The position numbers and the translations under genes are program-made. Below the pieces are notes generated by a model. The model was not told the origin of the DNA. It did not search any database and saw nothing but the letters and a program-made list of their open reading frames with translations. Below are positions 15,644 through 33,639 of a stretch of DNA of 64,000 nt, piece after piece. The number at the start of each line of letters is the position of its first letter. Within the stretch, counting starts at the first letter, position 1. This DNA is from Ctenodactylus gundi (taxonomy: Eukaryota), in NCBI GenBank assembly GCA_048771875.1, contig CM109711.1, positions 4,367,768-4,431,767 of the forward strand, written 5' to 3'.

Positions 15644-16244
15644 TCAGTGTCCCCGCAGACACCGGCCCATCTCTGGCTGCTCTCCTGCTTATCTTTACAG
15701 CTATTATTACCAGACAAGGACCACATGTCACGCACTCGCTCAGGCCCTGGCGCATTGCACGGCCACATTTGCAGGTACTCTTGAGTCGGATACGGCTCTT
15801 GTCCCTCACTTTAGAGATGAGGATATGGCCACACGGAAAGATTAGACAAGCTGCTTGTGATTGCATAGCCAGTCTGGACGCAGCTGGGAGGCCCAGTTGT
15901 TTAGATAACGAAAGTAAGGATGACAGTAATGCTTTTCTAGTGCTTACTGTGTCCCAGACACCATCTCAAGTACCTGACATATCTTAATGCACGTGTTAAT
16001 TAGGCATTTGGAGATGCGTTATCTCCATTCTACCGAAGAGAAAACAGGCACAGAGAGGTTAAGTGACTCCTCTCAGGTTGCCAGCTGCATTCCTTAAGAA
16101 AGGATTAGGACTGATTGGGCCTGGTGGCACAGGCCTGAAATCACAGCACTTTGGGAGGCTGAGGCAGGAGGGATACAAGTTTGAGTCCAGCCTGGGCAAC
16201 TTAACATCTTAGCAATATCTTGTCTCAAAAGCAGAAACAAATGT

Positions 16245-16490
16245 GGGGCTGGAGGAACGGCTCAGCGGTTAAAAGCACTTGCCTTGCAAGCGCTAAGGAC
16301 CCAAGTTCCATTCCCCAGCACCACATAAGCTGGGCGTGGTGGCGCATGCCTGTAATCCCAGCACTTGGGAGGCTGAGGCAGGAGAATTGCCATGAGTCCA
16401 GGGCCAGCCTGGGCTCTGAAGTGAGTCCAGGACCAGCCTGGGCTACAGAGTGAGACCCTGTCTCAAAAAAAAAAAAAAAAAAAGCAAAAA
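16245..16490 (+). mobile_element. Composite tRNA+B1 SINE with long A-tail
   Basis: Core gggctggaggaacggctcagcggttaaaagcacttgcc...accacataagctgggcgtggtggcgcatgcctgtaatcccagcac...gtctcaaaaaaaaaaaaaaaaaa. Confidence 0.7.
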
Positions 16491-16719
16491 CAAAAACTGG
16501 CCTTGGGATTCAGCTCCATGCAAAGGCCCTGGAGTCAATCCCCGCCCCCACCTACCCCCCTCCAAAAAAAAAGGAAAGGAAGAAAGAAAGAAAAGGATTA
16601 GGATTAAACTCTGTTTGACACATATCCTAAAAAGATCCATCCTAGATCTATCTGACATCCCACTGTAGCTTCCCTGCTATCCCAAGGTGGAGACCTCTAA
16701 TCCAAAGCCCAGACTCTCA

Positions 16720-16911
<192 letters not shown>

Positions 16912-17437
16912 TTAAGCCAGCTCAAGGTGGCTTGTCTTCTCTTTGGGGCTGTGGTCCTTCTCAGGCCCATTGTGAGAGTATCTACATTTAGTCCTTGATC
17001 AGGACTCACGGAGGAGTGGCCTGTGCCCCAAGGACTCAGGGATCACACCTCCTTAAGGCCACATCCCGGAAGGAAACCAGAAGCCCCCTAAGGGCGGACA
17101 CCTATGGGTGGGAAATTCTGTTAAAGACTCCCCAGAGGTGGACTCCCTGAGATGGGGAATTATAGGCGCCCCCGGGATCCTCCTAAGGGAAACCTTCATG
17201 ATGAGAATTCCCAGAATGCAGAGAGAGAACTCCAGACATGGACCCTAAAAATAGTTTCATCTAGGATAAGGGCTGTCCAGAGAAAGACCATCCACAACAG
17301 TGAATCCCAGGACAGAAACTTGTAAGTGGAACATCCCGAGATAGAGGCCGTCCAAGGATGAGGTTCCCTAAGGACAGAGTAGACATCTCCAGAGGGAGGC
17401 GGAGGATAGGAACGCTGCAGGAATGGCCATCCCTTCA

Positions 17438-17719
<282 letters not shown>

Positions 17720-20189
17720 TCACTGTCCCATGCCACCTCCCACATCAATCCCCAGAACCCCCTCCTCCCCGGCAGCGTGAGGGCCACAAGGAGGCCACGC
17801 TGGAGAAGACGCACTCCGTACACAGGCCCACGGCGTGGGCTGGTGAGGAAGTAACTCCAACACTCTTTAGCTTTGCTAATCTTTACAGTTTACCCACTCG
17901 CACCCACGCTGCCGATGAGGCCGACAGAAACTACTCCGGACCTTGGGACTCACGAGGTACGTGACCTCAGGTGAATCAGTTGACTCCCTGTTCTAATAAT
18001 AACAAACAGTATTTATGGAATGTGTGCAGCTTCTCAAGCGAGTTCACACAGTACTTTTGAGGTAGGCAAAGAAAGATGGTGTGACCCACTTCCAGACGTG
18101 CAAACTGCAGCGCCAGGTTGTCGAGGGCCTCACAGTACGACTCCTTACAGGCTCGCTTCCGTGGCAGAGCGCTGTGGTGTTACCTCAGCTTTCAGCGACA
18201 AGGGCCCACACGAAGCTTCCTCAGAAAATTTGACTGTTTTGTCATTAAAGACCATACTATTCAGTGTCCCCTACACGAATTCCCTAGGAAGACGAATTGC
18301 TATAGAAACCTTTTCATTTTTGAAAACCTGCCTCATCTTCTTTCATACAGTAAGAACTGTTCAGCCTCCCTTTTCGCACTGGCTACCTGGTAGCTCAGAA
18401 TCAGATTAAGACTTGATCCCAGCCAGGCGTGGTGGGGCAGGCCTGTAATCCCAGCACTCTGGGAGGCTGAGACAGGAGGATCACAAGTTCGAGCCCAGCC
18501 TGGGCCACTTACTGAGAACGTATGTCAGATAAACGGTAAGAAGATCTGGAAGTGCAACTCAGGGAAAAGGCCTGGTGTTCCACCCCTAGTACCGAAGAAA
18601 ACAAACCCACAAAGACTTGATTCTAGCAACAATAGCCTGTACACACACATTTTATTTTTTTAAAACTCTGATAATCATTCCCTGGTGCCATTTTTTCAGT
18701 CTATATGAAAAATACATATATATGTCATTATATATGATCTGTATGATCTTATGGCTTGCATTCTTTGGAAGCAGATGGCATAAAAGAAAGTCGCTTATTG
18801 GTAACTGATCAGCTTTTACTTGATTCTGAGAGAACTCTATGTGTCTGCATTTTAGAACCTGGACAAGCTCACCAAGAAGAGCTTCCTGAGCTGAGTCTAT
18901 AATCCCAGAACTCTGGGAGGCTGAGGCAGGAGGATTGTAAATTCAAGCCCAACCTGGGCAATTTAGCAACTTTGTGAGAATTTGTCTCAAAATTTAAAGA
19001 GGAGAGGGGCTGGAGGAATGGCTCAGCGGTTAAAGCGCTTGAGCAAGCACTAAGCCAAGCGCTAAGTACCTGAGTTTGATTCCCCAGCACCACATAAACT
19101 GGGCATGGTGGCGCATGCCTATAATCCCAGCACTCCAGAAGGCTGAGACAGGAGGATTGCGTGAGTGCCAGCCTAGGCTCTGAAGTGAATTCAGGACCAG
19201 CCTGAACCACCCTGTCTCAAAGAAAAATTTTTTAAAGAGGAGGAGGAGGGAGGAAGAAAAGGAATATTTTAGAGACAATAGCTTGTTTTGGCTTTTTTTT
19301 TTCTTCCGTATTGGGGATGGAAGCCAAACAAGGCCTTATCTACATCCCAAGACCATTTCCCTTTATCTTAAATTTTTATTGTGGTACTAGGGATAGGGTT
19401 CAGGGCCTTCACACTAAACTATATCCCCAGCCCTTTTTATTGTTTATTTTCAAATGAAATCTCACTCAGTCACCCAGGCAGGACTCACACTTGCATTTCC
19501 CCTGCCTGGACCTCCCAAGGTCCTGGGTTTACAGGTGCGCACCGCTGCTCCTGGCAGGGCCTTAACTTTGAATTTTTGTGACTCTCCACTCCTCAGTGAT
19601 TCTGTAAAAGATCTGCTCGACCCATATTTCAAAATTCAACCAGCATTTCCTTGGCTAGGCTTTGGGGACACAGAGGCAATAAAGATCCAAGCCTTGCCCT
19701 TCCGGAGTCCACGCTCCGCTGCGAAGGACATAAAAACAGCCGTCTCCAACACAGTGGTTCCAATAAACCTTAGTGTGTGTAATGGCCCTCTGCGGCCGGC
19801 CGAAACAAGAGTGGATGCTGCAGCTGGACACCTCCTTGGCCTTGGGCCGCAGCTGGGTGCAGCCGGCTCTCCTGGTCTGCACCACGCCCCCTCATCAGGT
19901 CTCATCCGATTTGGCCTTGCCTCTTCTGGAGGCCCCACCATCTCCCTGACCACGCCCCCCACAGCCTCCACTCCTCTATCTTTACCTTCTTTGCAGCCCT
20001 CCCGCCCCCAACAACAACAAGAAACCCTGTCGTGGTGGTACACACCTGTAACACTGGGAAGCCTGAGGCAGGAGGATTGCTATGAGCTCAAGGGCAGCCT
20101 GCACTACAGTGAACTCATGACCAGCCTGAACTACAGAGCAAGACCCTATCTGGAACAAAACAGGGCTGGAAGAATTATTATTCTTCTCA

Positions 20190-20400
20190 GCTGTTAAGGC
20201 GTTTGCCTAGCAATCTCACAACCCTGGATTCGATTCCCCAGCACCACATAAACTGGGTGTGGTGGTGCACACCTGTAATCCCAGCACTCAGGAGGCTGAG
20301 GCAGGAGGATTGTTGTGTGTTTGAGGTCAGTCTAGAGTACATAGTGAGTTCAAAACCAGCCTGGGCTACAGAGAGAGACTGTTCAGAAAAAAAAAAAAAA
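20190..20400 (+). mobile_element. Composite tRNA+B1 SINE
   Basis: It has the same architecture. A (CTGC)n(CCTT)n microsatellite follows at about 20562-20636. Confidence 0.65.
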
Positions 20401-20561
20401 CAACCCAGACTCCTTACTGATATTTTTTTCATACCCTTGTCACTATCTACAGAGTTCCTTCTTGGCTTTTTCTCATCTTTCAGAGAATCATGTAAGTACC
20501 AGCCTTTCCAAGAGTCATACTTGATCCCGCTGCCTCCACCATTGAGTTCTTCTCTTGACTG

Positions 20562-20636
20562 CCTGCCTGCCTGCCTGCCTGCCTTCCTTCCTTCCTTCCT
20601 TCCTTCCTTCCTTCCTTCCTTCCCTCCTTCCTTCTT
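20562..20636. repeat. (CTGC)n-(CCTT)n compound microsatellite
   Basis: Sequence ctgcctgcctgcctgcctgccttccttccttcc.... Confidence 0.9.
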
Positions 20637-22187
20637 TTTGAGACACAGTCTCACCAAGTTGCTCGGTCTGACCTTAAACTTGTGGTTCTTCTGCCTTACC
20701 CTCCCAATCACTGGGGTTTTAGGCAGGCATTCCCAAGCCTGTATACATCCACTCGCATAATTTATTATTTTGCCATCACATTAACCACTACTTACTGTCA
20801 TTATGAAACTGAAAAACCTGCATTACTTATCATGGAGCTGGGAATGGATGGAGCCCAGGGACTTCACACTGAGCTACATTCCATTCCATTCCATTTCTGA
20901 TTTTGAGACACAATCCCACTAACTCGCTAAATTGCCCAGGCTGGGCTTGAACTTGTGATCCTCCTGCCTCAGCCTCCCAGAGTGCCGGGATTACAGGCCG
21001 TATCAGCAGGTCTAGCTCTCAGATCACTTTTTTTTCTCAGCCCATTTTTATTTTGAGACAGAGTCTCACCAAGATGCTAAGTTGCCCAGGCTGGGCTTGA
21101 ACTTTGATCCTCCCTATCTAGGCCTCCTAGAGTGCCGGGATAATAGGCCTGTGCCACCAGGGCCAGCTAAACTTTATTTATATTGCCTTCTAAAAGCCTA
21201 TGCAGGCCGATCAATCTGGAGACAAGCTAGTCTGAGTCCTAGCCCCTCACTCTAGCTATACGGCTGAGCAGGTGACTTCGCCCTGGGGACCCTCACTCAT
21301 TAATGGCAATTATTCCTATCCATGAGGATTGGCCTGAAAATTAAATAAAAGCAGCATGCAAAGCACCTAGGTGCTCAGAACAAGCTCGCTGCTCAGCCTC
21401 AGCCTCAATTAATACACGAGCGGGAACCAGGGCCTTGGGAATCTGATTTAATTTGCAGGTCGTTAAGAAATCCACATAACTTTTGGGGTCTTTTTCTTTC
21501 TCTAAGAGATCGAGCTGCCAGTGGCTGAGTAGCCCAGAGGTGCTGGAGAAGCTAGTGCAACAACGTTTGGTGACAAGACTGCACAGGGCGGCTGGCGGGG
21601 CTTGGGTGAGGGGTGATGGAGCCTTGGTCTTTCAGAGGAGCTAATGAGGCCACCTTGGAACCAGCCAGGCTGGGAGGGGCCGAGACAGGGCTCAGTCCCA
21701 AAGGTGCCTGGAGGAGCTCACTGCAGAGCACCGAGGCTGGTAATGAAGGCCAATTTGTGCAATCACCTTCTTCCCCAAGTGTTCCACTTAGCCTTGGAGT
21801 CCTATTTTCAATGCCCTGGGGAAGTAGCTGCTTAAAGGAACCCGCAGGAATTTTTTTTTTGGTAGTGGGGATCAAGCCCGGAGCCTTGTTCCTAATCCTC
21901 CATTTTTCATTTTGATTTTGAAAGAGCATCTCCCTTAAGTTGTCCGTGCTGAGCTCAAACTTGAAATCCTCCTGTCTCAGCCTCCCAGAGTGCTGAGATT
22001 CCAAGCCTCCATCACTGGGCCCAGCCTGGAATATGATCCATTTTTATAATACCTGAACTCCAATGCTTAGCAACCGGGTCTCTACCACAAGTACATATAC
22101 CCATCTCATCGGGCTTTCCACAAAAAAAGCACTTCTATGTTGCACAATGTGCCCTTGGGGCAGGTCCTGAAAGGCTGAAGCAGCTCA

Positions 22188-22420
22188 AGGACTGGCATAG
22201 CAGTTAAAGCGTTTGCCTAGCAAGTGCAAGGCCCTGAGTTCAATTCCCCAGCACCACATAAAGCTGGACGTGGTGGCACACGTCTGGAATCCCAGCACTC
22301 AGGAGGCTGAGGCAGGAGGATTGCTGTGAGTCCAAGCCCAGCCTGGGCTTTCTAGTGAGTTTAGGAGCAGTCTGGGCTACAGAGCGAGACACTGTCTAGA
22401 AGAAGAAAAAAAAAAACTGA
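22188..22420 (+). mobile_element. Composite tRNA+B1 SINE (SEZ6L2 intron 5)
   Basis: Core gcagttaaagcgtttgcctagcaagtgcaaggccctgagttcaattccccagcaccacataaagctggacgtggtggcacacg... Confidence 0.65.
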
Positions 22421-23875
22421 AAAAGATGTGAGGAAGAGATTTGGTTGTGTCCCAGAAAAGATGCTGCAGGTATCTAGGGTGAGCCAAGTTCCTCAGGAAG
22501 GGCGCACAAAGCCGGGCAAAGTGCACTGTCTCACAGGAAGGCCCTTCTGTGTTTCTGAGGAGCACAGGGGAAGGTAGCAGTGTCTGGAATGGGGAAATTG
22601 GCTGAGCCCCTGCCCCATGCACACATGTACAGTAGAGTATGTCCTGCCCTGCGGGAAGGTTCCCGCCCATACAGGTTAGCATGCACAAAGACACATGTGC
22701 TGTCTGGTTGGATGACCGTGTAGGAAATCGCACACTATGTACCGCACCCCTAACCTGCAACCACAGGTCAAAAGGCTCTTTCTAAGCGACCAATCTGAAG
22801 CTATCACAAGCCTCCCTCTCATTTATAGGTTTCAGTAGCTTGTACTCCTCCCTGAAGCTGGTAAGACCCTTTATGAAGAAACCCGCCTCCCAGCCGGCAT
22901 CTCAGCGCACTCCTCCCCGCAGCCTGCTGCACTCAGACTCCAGTAGCGAACACTGAAGCACTCGACACAAACCAACTCGCATCCTCACAGTACCGTGTGG
23001 CCAGTACTCTGACCTCTTTCTCTCTCTCTCTCTGATATGGAGGGTTGAACCTGAGGCCTTCACAGTAAGCTATATTCCCCAGGTCTTTTTTGTATATATA
23101 TATATTTTTAAAAATTTGAGATAGGGTCTCTCTAAGACACTAAATTGCCCAGGTTGAGCTTGAACTTGCGATCTTCCTGCCTCAGCCTCCCAGAGCACTA
23201 GAATTACAGGTAGGTGCCACCATGTCCAGCTCAATCTTTATTTTTTTTTCTAATGAAAGCATAAGGTACATAAACCTAAGTAATTTGTCCGAGGTCGCTC
23301 AGGCAGGGCAGTTCTAATGTTCCGTTTCCAGTGACTTCACTTCCTCTCGGCTCTCTCAGGGACTTGGAATATGCTTTTCACTCTTCTAGATGGCTGCCTT
23401 TCTCTTTTCTGTCCTCCCACTCTTCCCCTGGCTAACGAACTCATCCCCTGGGTCTCAGATTAGTCATTACCTCCTCTAAAAAAGGTGCTCCCAGATTCCT
23501 TAGAAGAAACTTCAGTCCATTATGATATTTGCTGCCCCCACCTGTCTTCCCGCCATCCTAGCTATTATCTCAACAAGTCATAACCACCTTGCCTCTTTGT
23601 CTGTTTCTGTATGCAGATTCTAAGCTTCCTGAACTCCGGTGTGCACATGGCGCACCTCTTTTCCTCCCCAAGGCTACTAGAACCTGGTATATAGTAGGCA
23701 CTTGTAAACAGCTGTTGGGTTGAGCAGATAAATTGCCACTTGGGTTGACACAGATATGTGAGGGTATGAGGTAAGCGTGCATGAGGGGCCCAGAAAGGGA
23801 AAGGTCCCCTTTAACTCTCTGAGCTCGGAAGGCCCCTGGAGCTATTCCCTGTGCCCAATATGGCTCCCGCCCTCA

Positions 23876-24130
<255 letters not shown>

Positions 24131-24268
24131 TCAGCTGCGGAAAAATGTGACTCCCAAGCCCCCTCTCCCCCGCCTTCCTTTTTGCTGTCTGTAGTGGTGC
24201 TCAACACCACATGAGCGCTGCCCCTTATTATAGAACTCTAGGACAGCTTTTTGGGATCACTTGAGTCA

Positions 24269-25010
<742 letters not shown>

Positions 25011-25306
25011 CCCAATTGTAATCTAAACAAAACACATGGAACAGTGCCTGGCATCCGTAAGAGGAGATAAGTGTTGGCTTTTGTCACTCGTGTATGTGCG
25101 CATACATGTGTGTAACAGGAATGGACCCAGGGCCTTTGTGCTGAGCTGCATCCCCAGCCCCCTTTTATTTTTCATTTTGAGACAGGGTCTCACCAAGCTG
25201 CTAGGCTGCTCGCATTGTGGTTGGCTCGCATGCCTCCTAACTCGGCCTCCCAGAGGGCCGCAGTCCAGGCCTGCACCCCCGCGACCCCCGAGCCTTGGCA
25301 CAACTA

Positions 25307-26023
<717 letters not shown>

Positions 26024-26356
26024 TTACTATTCTTACTGCTCTATGATTTTATGGCTCCAGATCTACTAGAATCTGCTAGTTTCTGTATTTTACTCTGTCT
26101 CTCCACCTTGACTCTAAGCCTCTGCATTCCCATCTCTCTTCCTCTCTGCGTCTCTTTTTCTGTCTCTTAATCATTCTGCCTGTGTTTCTGCTTCTGTCCG
26201 TGCCGAGTCTTGCCTCTCCTGTGCCTCCCTCGAAATGTCGCTGCCTCTCCGGGATGTGTGTGCCTTATCCACTCCCACAGTTTCTCTCTGCCATTTGCTT
26301 CTCTCCCCGGGCCTGGTTCTCCTTCTCCCCGAGCTGATGTCTCTTCCCCAATTTTA

Positions 26357-26614
<258 letters not shown>

Positions 26615-27311
26615 TTACAGGGGGGCTGAGAGGGTCCCAGACTGGGCTGAGGGCCAAGATTGGAGGACAGGCCTCCAGCTGTCCCTCACACTCCTACACC
26701 TCCCTCTCCCCCTCCTCACCACCCAAGGCCCTCAGGGCCTTCAGTAGTGAGTACCTTAGTACTTGTGAACCATGGACAGCGCCATCGCGGTGTTAGGGCT
26801 TCAGGGCTGCCTTCCTCTAACCCTCAGCGGGGCTCTCCCCAAAACCTGGGGCTCTGTGAAGGGTCTGGCAGCACCTCTCAGCCCTTGCTTCCGCAGTGCC
26901 CAGCTTTCTCTCTGGGTTTCTATCTCTGCAGTCTCCTCTCTCTCCTCTCTCTCTCTCTGCAGTCTACCACCTTCCCTAGAGTCTGGTGGCTGAGGGTCAG
27001 AGTGAAATGGGGGACTGGACATCTAGTCTCTGGGCCCTTCCTCTGTTCATCTGTCTTCGTCCATATGTCCAAGAACATTCGTGTGTACAGAGCCTGGCAG
27101 CTCTCCCAACACGTCCATCTCCCACCCAGGTGCCCTGCGTGCGTTTGCCGCCTCCACAGATACCCCCCAACTTCCCTAGTCCTTCCTCCTGGATTTAACC
27201 CCTAAGAAGCCGCTAAAAGGCTGCACTTGTTCCTTTCCCTTCCTCCTCAATATTGAAGCTGAAGCACTCCAGGGATCTACCAGAAAGCTCCGGCTTATCC
27301 CTTCCTGGTTA

Positions 27312-29480
<2,169 letters not shown>

Positions 29481-29484
29481 AGCG

Positions 29485-30346
29485 ATGTGGAAGGGAACCG
29501 GCCCAGATGTGGAGGGCGCGGGCGGAGAGCTAGCGGGACAGGGGAACTGGGGTCTGGAGGACGCGCCTGCCCTCCTGGCCCGGGCCGCCCTGCCCGTCCT
29601 GCTCCCGTGGCCGCTGCCCCTGGCCTCCTCGGCGATTACTTTGCTCCTTGGGGCCCTCACCTCCTTGTTCCTCTGGTACTGTTACCGCCTAGGCTCCCAA
29701 GACACGCAGGCCCTGGGGGCTGGGAGCCAGGCTGGAGGTGTTGGCGGTGGGCCCCGGGGGTGCCCCGAGGGTAGCAGACCAGGCCTAAGGAGCTCTGGGG
29801 AGCCCGGAGAAGGACTCGGGACAGAAGGCCTAGTGAGCCGGCGGCTTCGGGCCTATGCCAGGCGCTACTCCTGGGCTGGGATGGGTAGGGTGAGGCGGGC
29901 AGCTCAGGGTAGCCCGGGCCCTGGAGGAGGGCCAGGAGTCCTGGGCATTCAGCGACCAGGCCTCCTTTTCCTACCAGACCTGCCTTCAGCCCCTTTCGTG
30001 CCACGGGATGCCCAGCGGCACGATGTGGAGCTCCTGGAGAGCAGCTTTCCTGCCATTTTACGGGACTTTGGGGCTGTGAGCTGGGACTTCTCAGGGTCGT
30101 CCCCTCTGCCGCGGGGCTGGTCCCCGTCCCTGGCTCCTGGGTGCTACCAGCTCCTGCTGTACCAAGCCGGCCGGTGCCAACCCAGCAACTGCCGCCGGTG
30201 CCCAGGGGCCTATCGTGCGCTGAGGGGGCTGCGGAGCTTCATGAGCGCCAACACCTTTGGCAATGCTGGCTTTTCTGTCCTCCTGCCTGGGGCCCGGCTC
30301 GAGGGCCGCTGTGGGCCTACCAATGCTCGGGTCAGATGCCACCTGG
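29485..30346 (+). CDS. ASPHD1: ASPHD1 coding exon 1 (MWKGTGPDVEGAGG...ARVRCHLG; Asp beta-hydroxylase-like domain N-terminal part)
   Basis: The first in-frame ATG is at 29485. The track ORF 29434.. starts on a GTG. Donor CTGG|gtaagt is at 30347. The motifs ...CRRCPGAYRALRGLRSFMSANTFGNAGFSVLLPGARLEGRCGPTNARVRCHLG match ASPHD1. Confidence 0.75.
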
Positions 30347-32024
30347 GTAAGTAGACCCTGCCTACTTACCAGATCTTTGCCACCAGATCTTCCTGCACTG
30401 TGGTTCTCGCCAGGCCTGTCTTCTCAGAAGTCTTTCCTGACTCTCTGTTGCCCACAGCAGCATTTCCTGACCTTCACTATTGGTAACTCAGCCTAGTCAG
30501 TTGTGCTAGTCACTTGTCACCTGTACTGTTTCTTCACATTGACTGTCCCTGTCTTTGGTATTCCTGGTTTATTGAAAAAGAACCTTTGTGGAACTGTGAT
30601 ATCAGTGTTATTTGCTCTAAACAGAAAGTACTCGTAGAGGGCTGGAGGAATAGCTCTGTGGTTAAAGTGCTTGCCTGGCAAGCTCAATGTAATCCCAGCA
30701 TTTGGGAGGCTGAGGCAAGAGGATTGTCGTGAGTTCAAGGCCAGCCTGGGCTACAGAGCAAGACCCTGTCTCAAAATAAATAAGTAAATAAATAAATAAA
30801 TGAAGGTACTCATAGAATCAAATCTGAACTTAAAAACAAACCCCTAACCTAGGCATGGTGGCACATGCCTGTAATCCCAGCACTCTGGAAGGCTGAGGCA
30901 GGACGATTGAAAATTCTCACACAGACTGACCTTTGACCATTTCCTTGCCTTCCACCTGCTTCTAGGACTCAGTCCCTCTTTCCCTCCCCTACAAGCCCCG
31001 CTAGAGCCCAGCAGATGTCCCACCAATCCTCAACCCACCCAAGATCCTTGGGAGCCGCCTCCTCTTCAGTACTTCCCTGGCTTGGGATCTAGCTAGCCCG
31101 TGGACCCAGGTGCTTGAACAAGAGAGTAACCTTCCGCCTTCTCTGCCGCACACATTGCTGCTGGATCCTGGGGAGTGGCGGAGGACAATTTCATGACTTC
31201 TTAAGACCCTGTCTCAAAAATAAAAGATAGGAAGAAGGGTCTGGATAGGTAGCCCAATTCTCAGTACTGGGGGGGAAAAAGGAACTCTTAAATATTCAGT
31301 TAAATCTGTAATCATTCCAAGCCTGAAGCTTACACTTTGCTCATTAAGAGTAGCAGTGTTAATGGGGTGTTAAAGTTCAGTAGCACCAAACTGAGATTTT
31401 GTTTTTATTTATTTATACTGAGATTGAGCACAGGACTTTCTCATTGAGCTACATCCACAGACTTTTTTTTGGCCATGGTTTTGCTAAGTTGTCCAGACTG
31501 TGCTCAAACTTGCTCATCTCCTGCCTCAGCCTCCCAGAGTGCTGGATTATATAGCCTTGCGCCATCAGGCCCAGAACTGATGTTTCAAAGATTGAAAGAA
31601 AATAGGAAAGAAATCCATTTCTGATTGTTTTTTTCATGCCATGAGCTTGATTCACCCAAAATCATAGCCTGAGCTACCAGATGGTATGGCCTCAGGACCA
31701 AGTCTAGATCCTTTCTCCCTTCCCAGCAGACTGTAAAACTCCTACTCAGCCTTCAGAAGTATTTTTTGTTTTGTTTTTCAAACAGGATCTTGTTTTATAG
31801 ACCAGGCAGTTCCTGAACTCACTAGGTAACCCAGGCTGGCCTTGAATTTAACAGTAATCTTCTTGTCTCAGCCTCCCAAGTGCTAAAATTACAGTAATAG
31901 GCCACCATGCCCAGCTTATGTGGTGCTAGGGAATTGAACTGGGCGCCTTGTGCTTCCTAGGCAAGGCTCTAACCTCTGTGCTATCCTCCAGCCCTTTGGA
32001 AGTATTTTTGAGGGGCTGGAAGAA

Positions 32025-32235
32025 TGAATGGCTCAATGAATGGCTCAGTGGATAAAGCGCTTGCCAAGCAAGAGCTAAGTATCTGAGTTTGATTCCCCAG
32101 CACCATATAAACTGGGCGTGGCAACACATGCCTGTAACCCTAGCATTCAGGAGGCTGAGACAGAATTGCTGTGAGTCTGGGCTACACAGTGCTTTCAGGA
32201 CCAGCCTGGGCTACAGTGCGAGATCCTGTCTCAAA
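32025..32235 (+). mobile_element. Composite tRNA+B1 SINE (ASPHD1 intron 1)
   Basis: Core ggctggaagaatgaatggctcaatgaatggctcagtggataaagcgcttgcc...accatataaactgggcgtggcaacacatgcctgtaaccctagcattcagg... Confidence 0.6.
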
Positions 32236-32548
32236 AAAAAAAAAAAGTACTTTTGAATGCCACGCCTCCTCCTGAGGTGACTTCTTGCTTCCCGTCATCT
32301 GAGTTGGTGGCTCGGTTTTCTCACCATTATCAACCACGTGATCCCTGGGTCAGGATGGAGTCTTACGTCACACTCCTAGGGGAGACACCCAGGAAACCCA
32401 GCAGAAAATGCCATTTGCTTCAATAAGTTTTCTCTTTCCTCTAAGAATGGTAGCTTGCTCTTCCCACAGCAGCACCTCCCTTATCTCCTAATTCTCCTCC
32501 GGCCTTTAACTCCCTTCCATCTGCTGACTGAATGGGCTCTTTCCACAG

Positions 32549-32662
32549 GGCTGAAGATTCCCCCTGGCTGTGAGCTGGTGGTTGGGGGTGAGCCCCAGTG
32601 CTGGGCCGAGGGACACTGCCTCCTGGTGGACGACTCCTTTCTGCACACTGTGGCTCACAATG
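32549..32662 (+). CDS. ASPHD1: ASPHD1 coding exon 2 ([37 protein letters not shown])
   Basis: Acceptor ttccacag|GGCTGAAG and donor AATG|gtaacc. Phase runs 1 in, 1 out. Confidence 0.85.
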
Positions 32663-33179
32663 GTAACCTGTTCTCCTTTGGGTGGGAGTGGGGGGTGTGT
32701 GCAAAGAGTGAAGGAAACTGGAGAGCCACAGTGTCAGGCCAGCTGACTTCTTGTCCCAGCACAACCATTTTTCAGTTGCATGACGTTAAGCAAGTCACAT
32801 AAGTCTCCAATCACTTACTGGGCACCCACCTTCTTTATCAAGTGACTTCAAGGAAAATTAAGTCCATGTGGGTGCACACAAAGTGGCTACAGCAGAAGAC
32901 ACAACCTGGTGCGTGAGGGCTCCTGCCCTGCTCCTGCCCTGCCTCTTCTTTCAAGAGCTGTGGGACTTTGAGAAAGTTGCTTAGCCTGTATTACCTTGTA
33001 TAAAATGGAGATAACTATGACATGACCTCACATGTTTTAATGATTAGAAGTTCTTATATATAAGGCTTAGAACATGGCCTGGCACTTATTGCTTCTGCTT
33101 TTATGAATATTTATGAGTGTTTTGGAAGAAAAGTACTTAATGCCAGCTATTTTCTTGTTCCCATTTCATGTCCCCCCAG

Positions 33180-33289
33180 GATCCCCTGAAGATGGGCCTC
33201 GAGTGGTCTTCATTGTGGACCTTTGGCATCCCAATGTGGCTGGGGCTGAGCGCCAGGCCCTTGACTTCGTCTTCGCACCAGACCCTTGA
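33180..33289 (+). CDS. ASPHD1: ASPHD1 terminal coding exon ([36 protein letters not shown]-stop)
   Basis: Acceptor cccccag|GATCCCCT. TGA lies at 33287-33289. The conserved C-terminus of the AspH-like fold is present. Confidence 0.85.
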
Positions 33290-33614
33290 AGGAAAGCATT
33301 CCCTCAGACACCTGGGCTGGAGAGATGCTGCACTCAGGGACAGCCTGAGCGGCAGCCAGGACCTCCTCTCCGTTGTAGGGGATGGGAGGGAGCTGAGGGT
33401 GGGACCTGGCCAGGGAGCACCGAAATATAAATTCTGAATCCTCTCCTAAGTCCTGACTACTTCCTTCCCAGTTACCAGCCTCATGAAGGGCTTGAGACAA
33501 GGCCTCCTGTCTTCTGCAACACAACTAGCCAGGTATCTCATTAACACAAGCCAGCTTCCCTTTTCCCTCCCTCACAGCCAGCAGCAGACCCTCAACTCAA
33601 CTTTCTTCCAATAA

Positions 33615-33620
33615 TTTAAT
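33615..33620 (-). other. KCTD13: KCTD13 candidate poly(A) signal ATTAAA (minus strand)
   Basis: Plus-strand tttaat lies about 530 nt downstream of the KCTD13 stop on the minus strand. It is 14 bp from the ASPHD1 AATAAA on the opposite strand. Confidence 0.3.
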
Positions 33621-33633
33621 AGAAAATTAAAAT

Positions 33634-33639
33634 AATAAA
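33634..33639 (+). other. ASPHD1: ASPHD1 candidate poly(A) signal AATAAA
   Basis: This is the first AATAAA downstream of the stop, about 345 nt away. Confidence 0.4.

Noticed and set aside
19454-20760. ORFs of 247 aa (+), 174 aa (-) and 185 aa (+) in SEZ6L2 intron 5
   Set aside because: They read through SINEs and the (CTGC)n(CCTT)n microsatellite. The peptides contain typical SINE-derived strings (SLRQEDCYELK..., PSFLPSFLP...).
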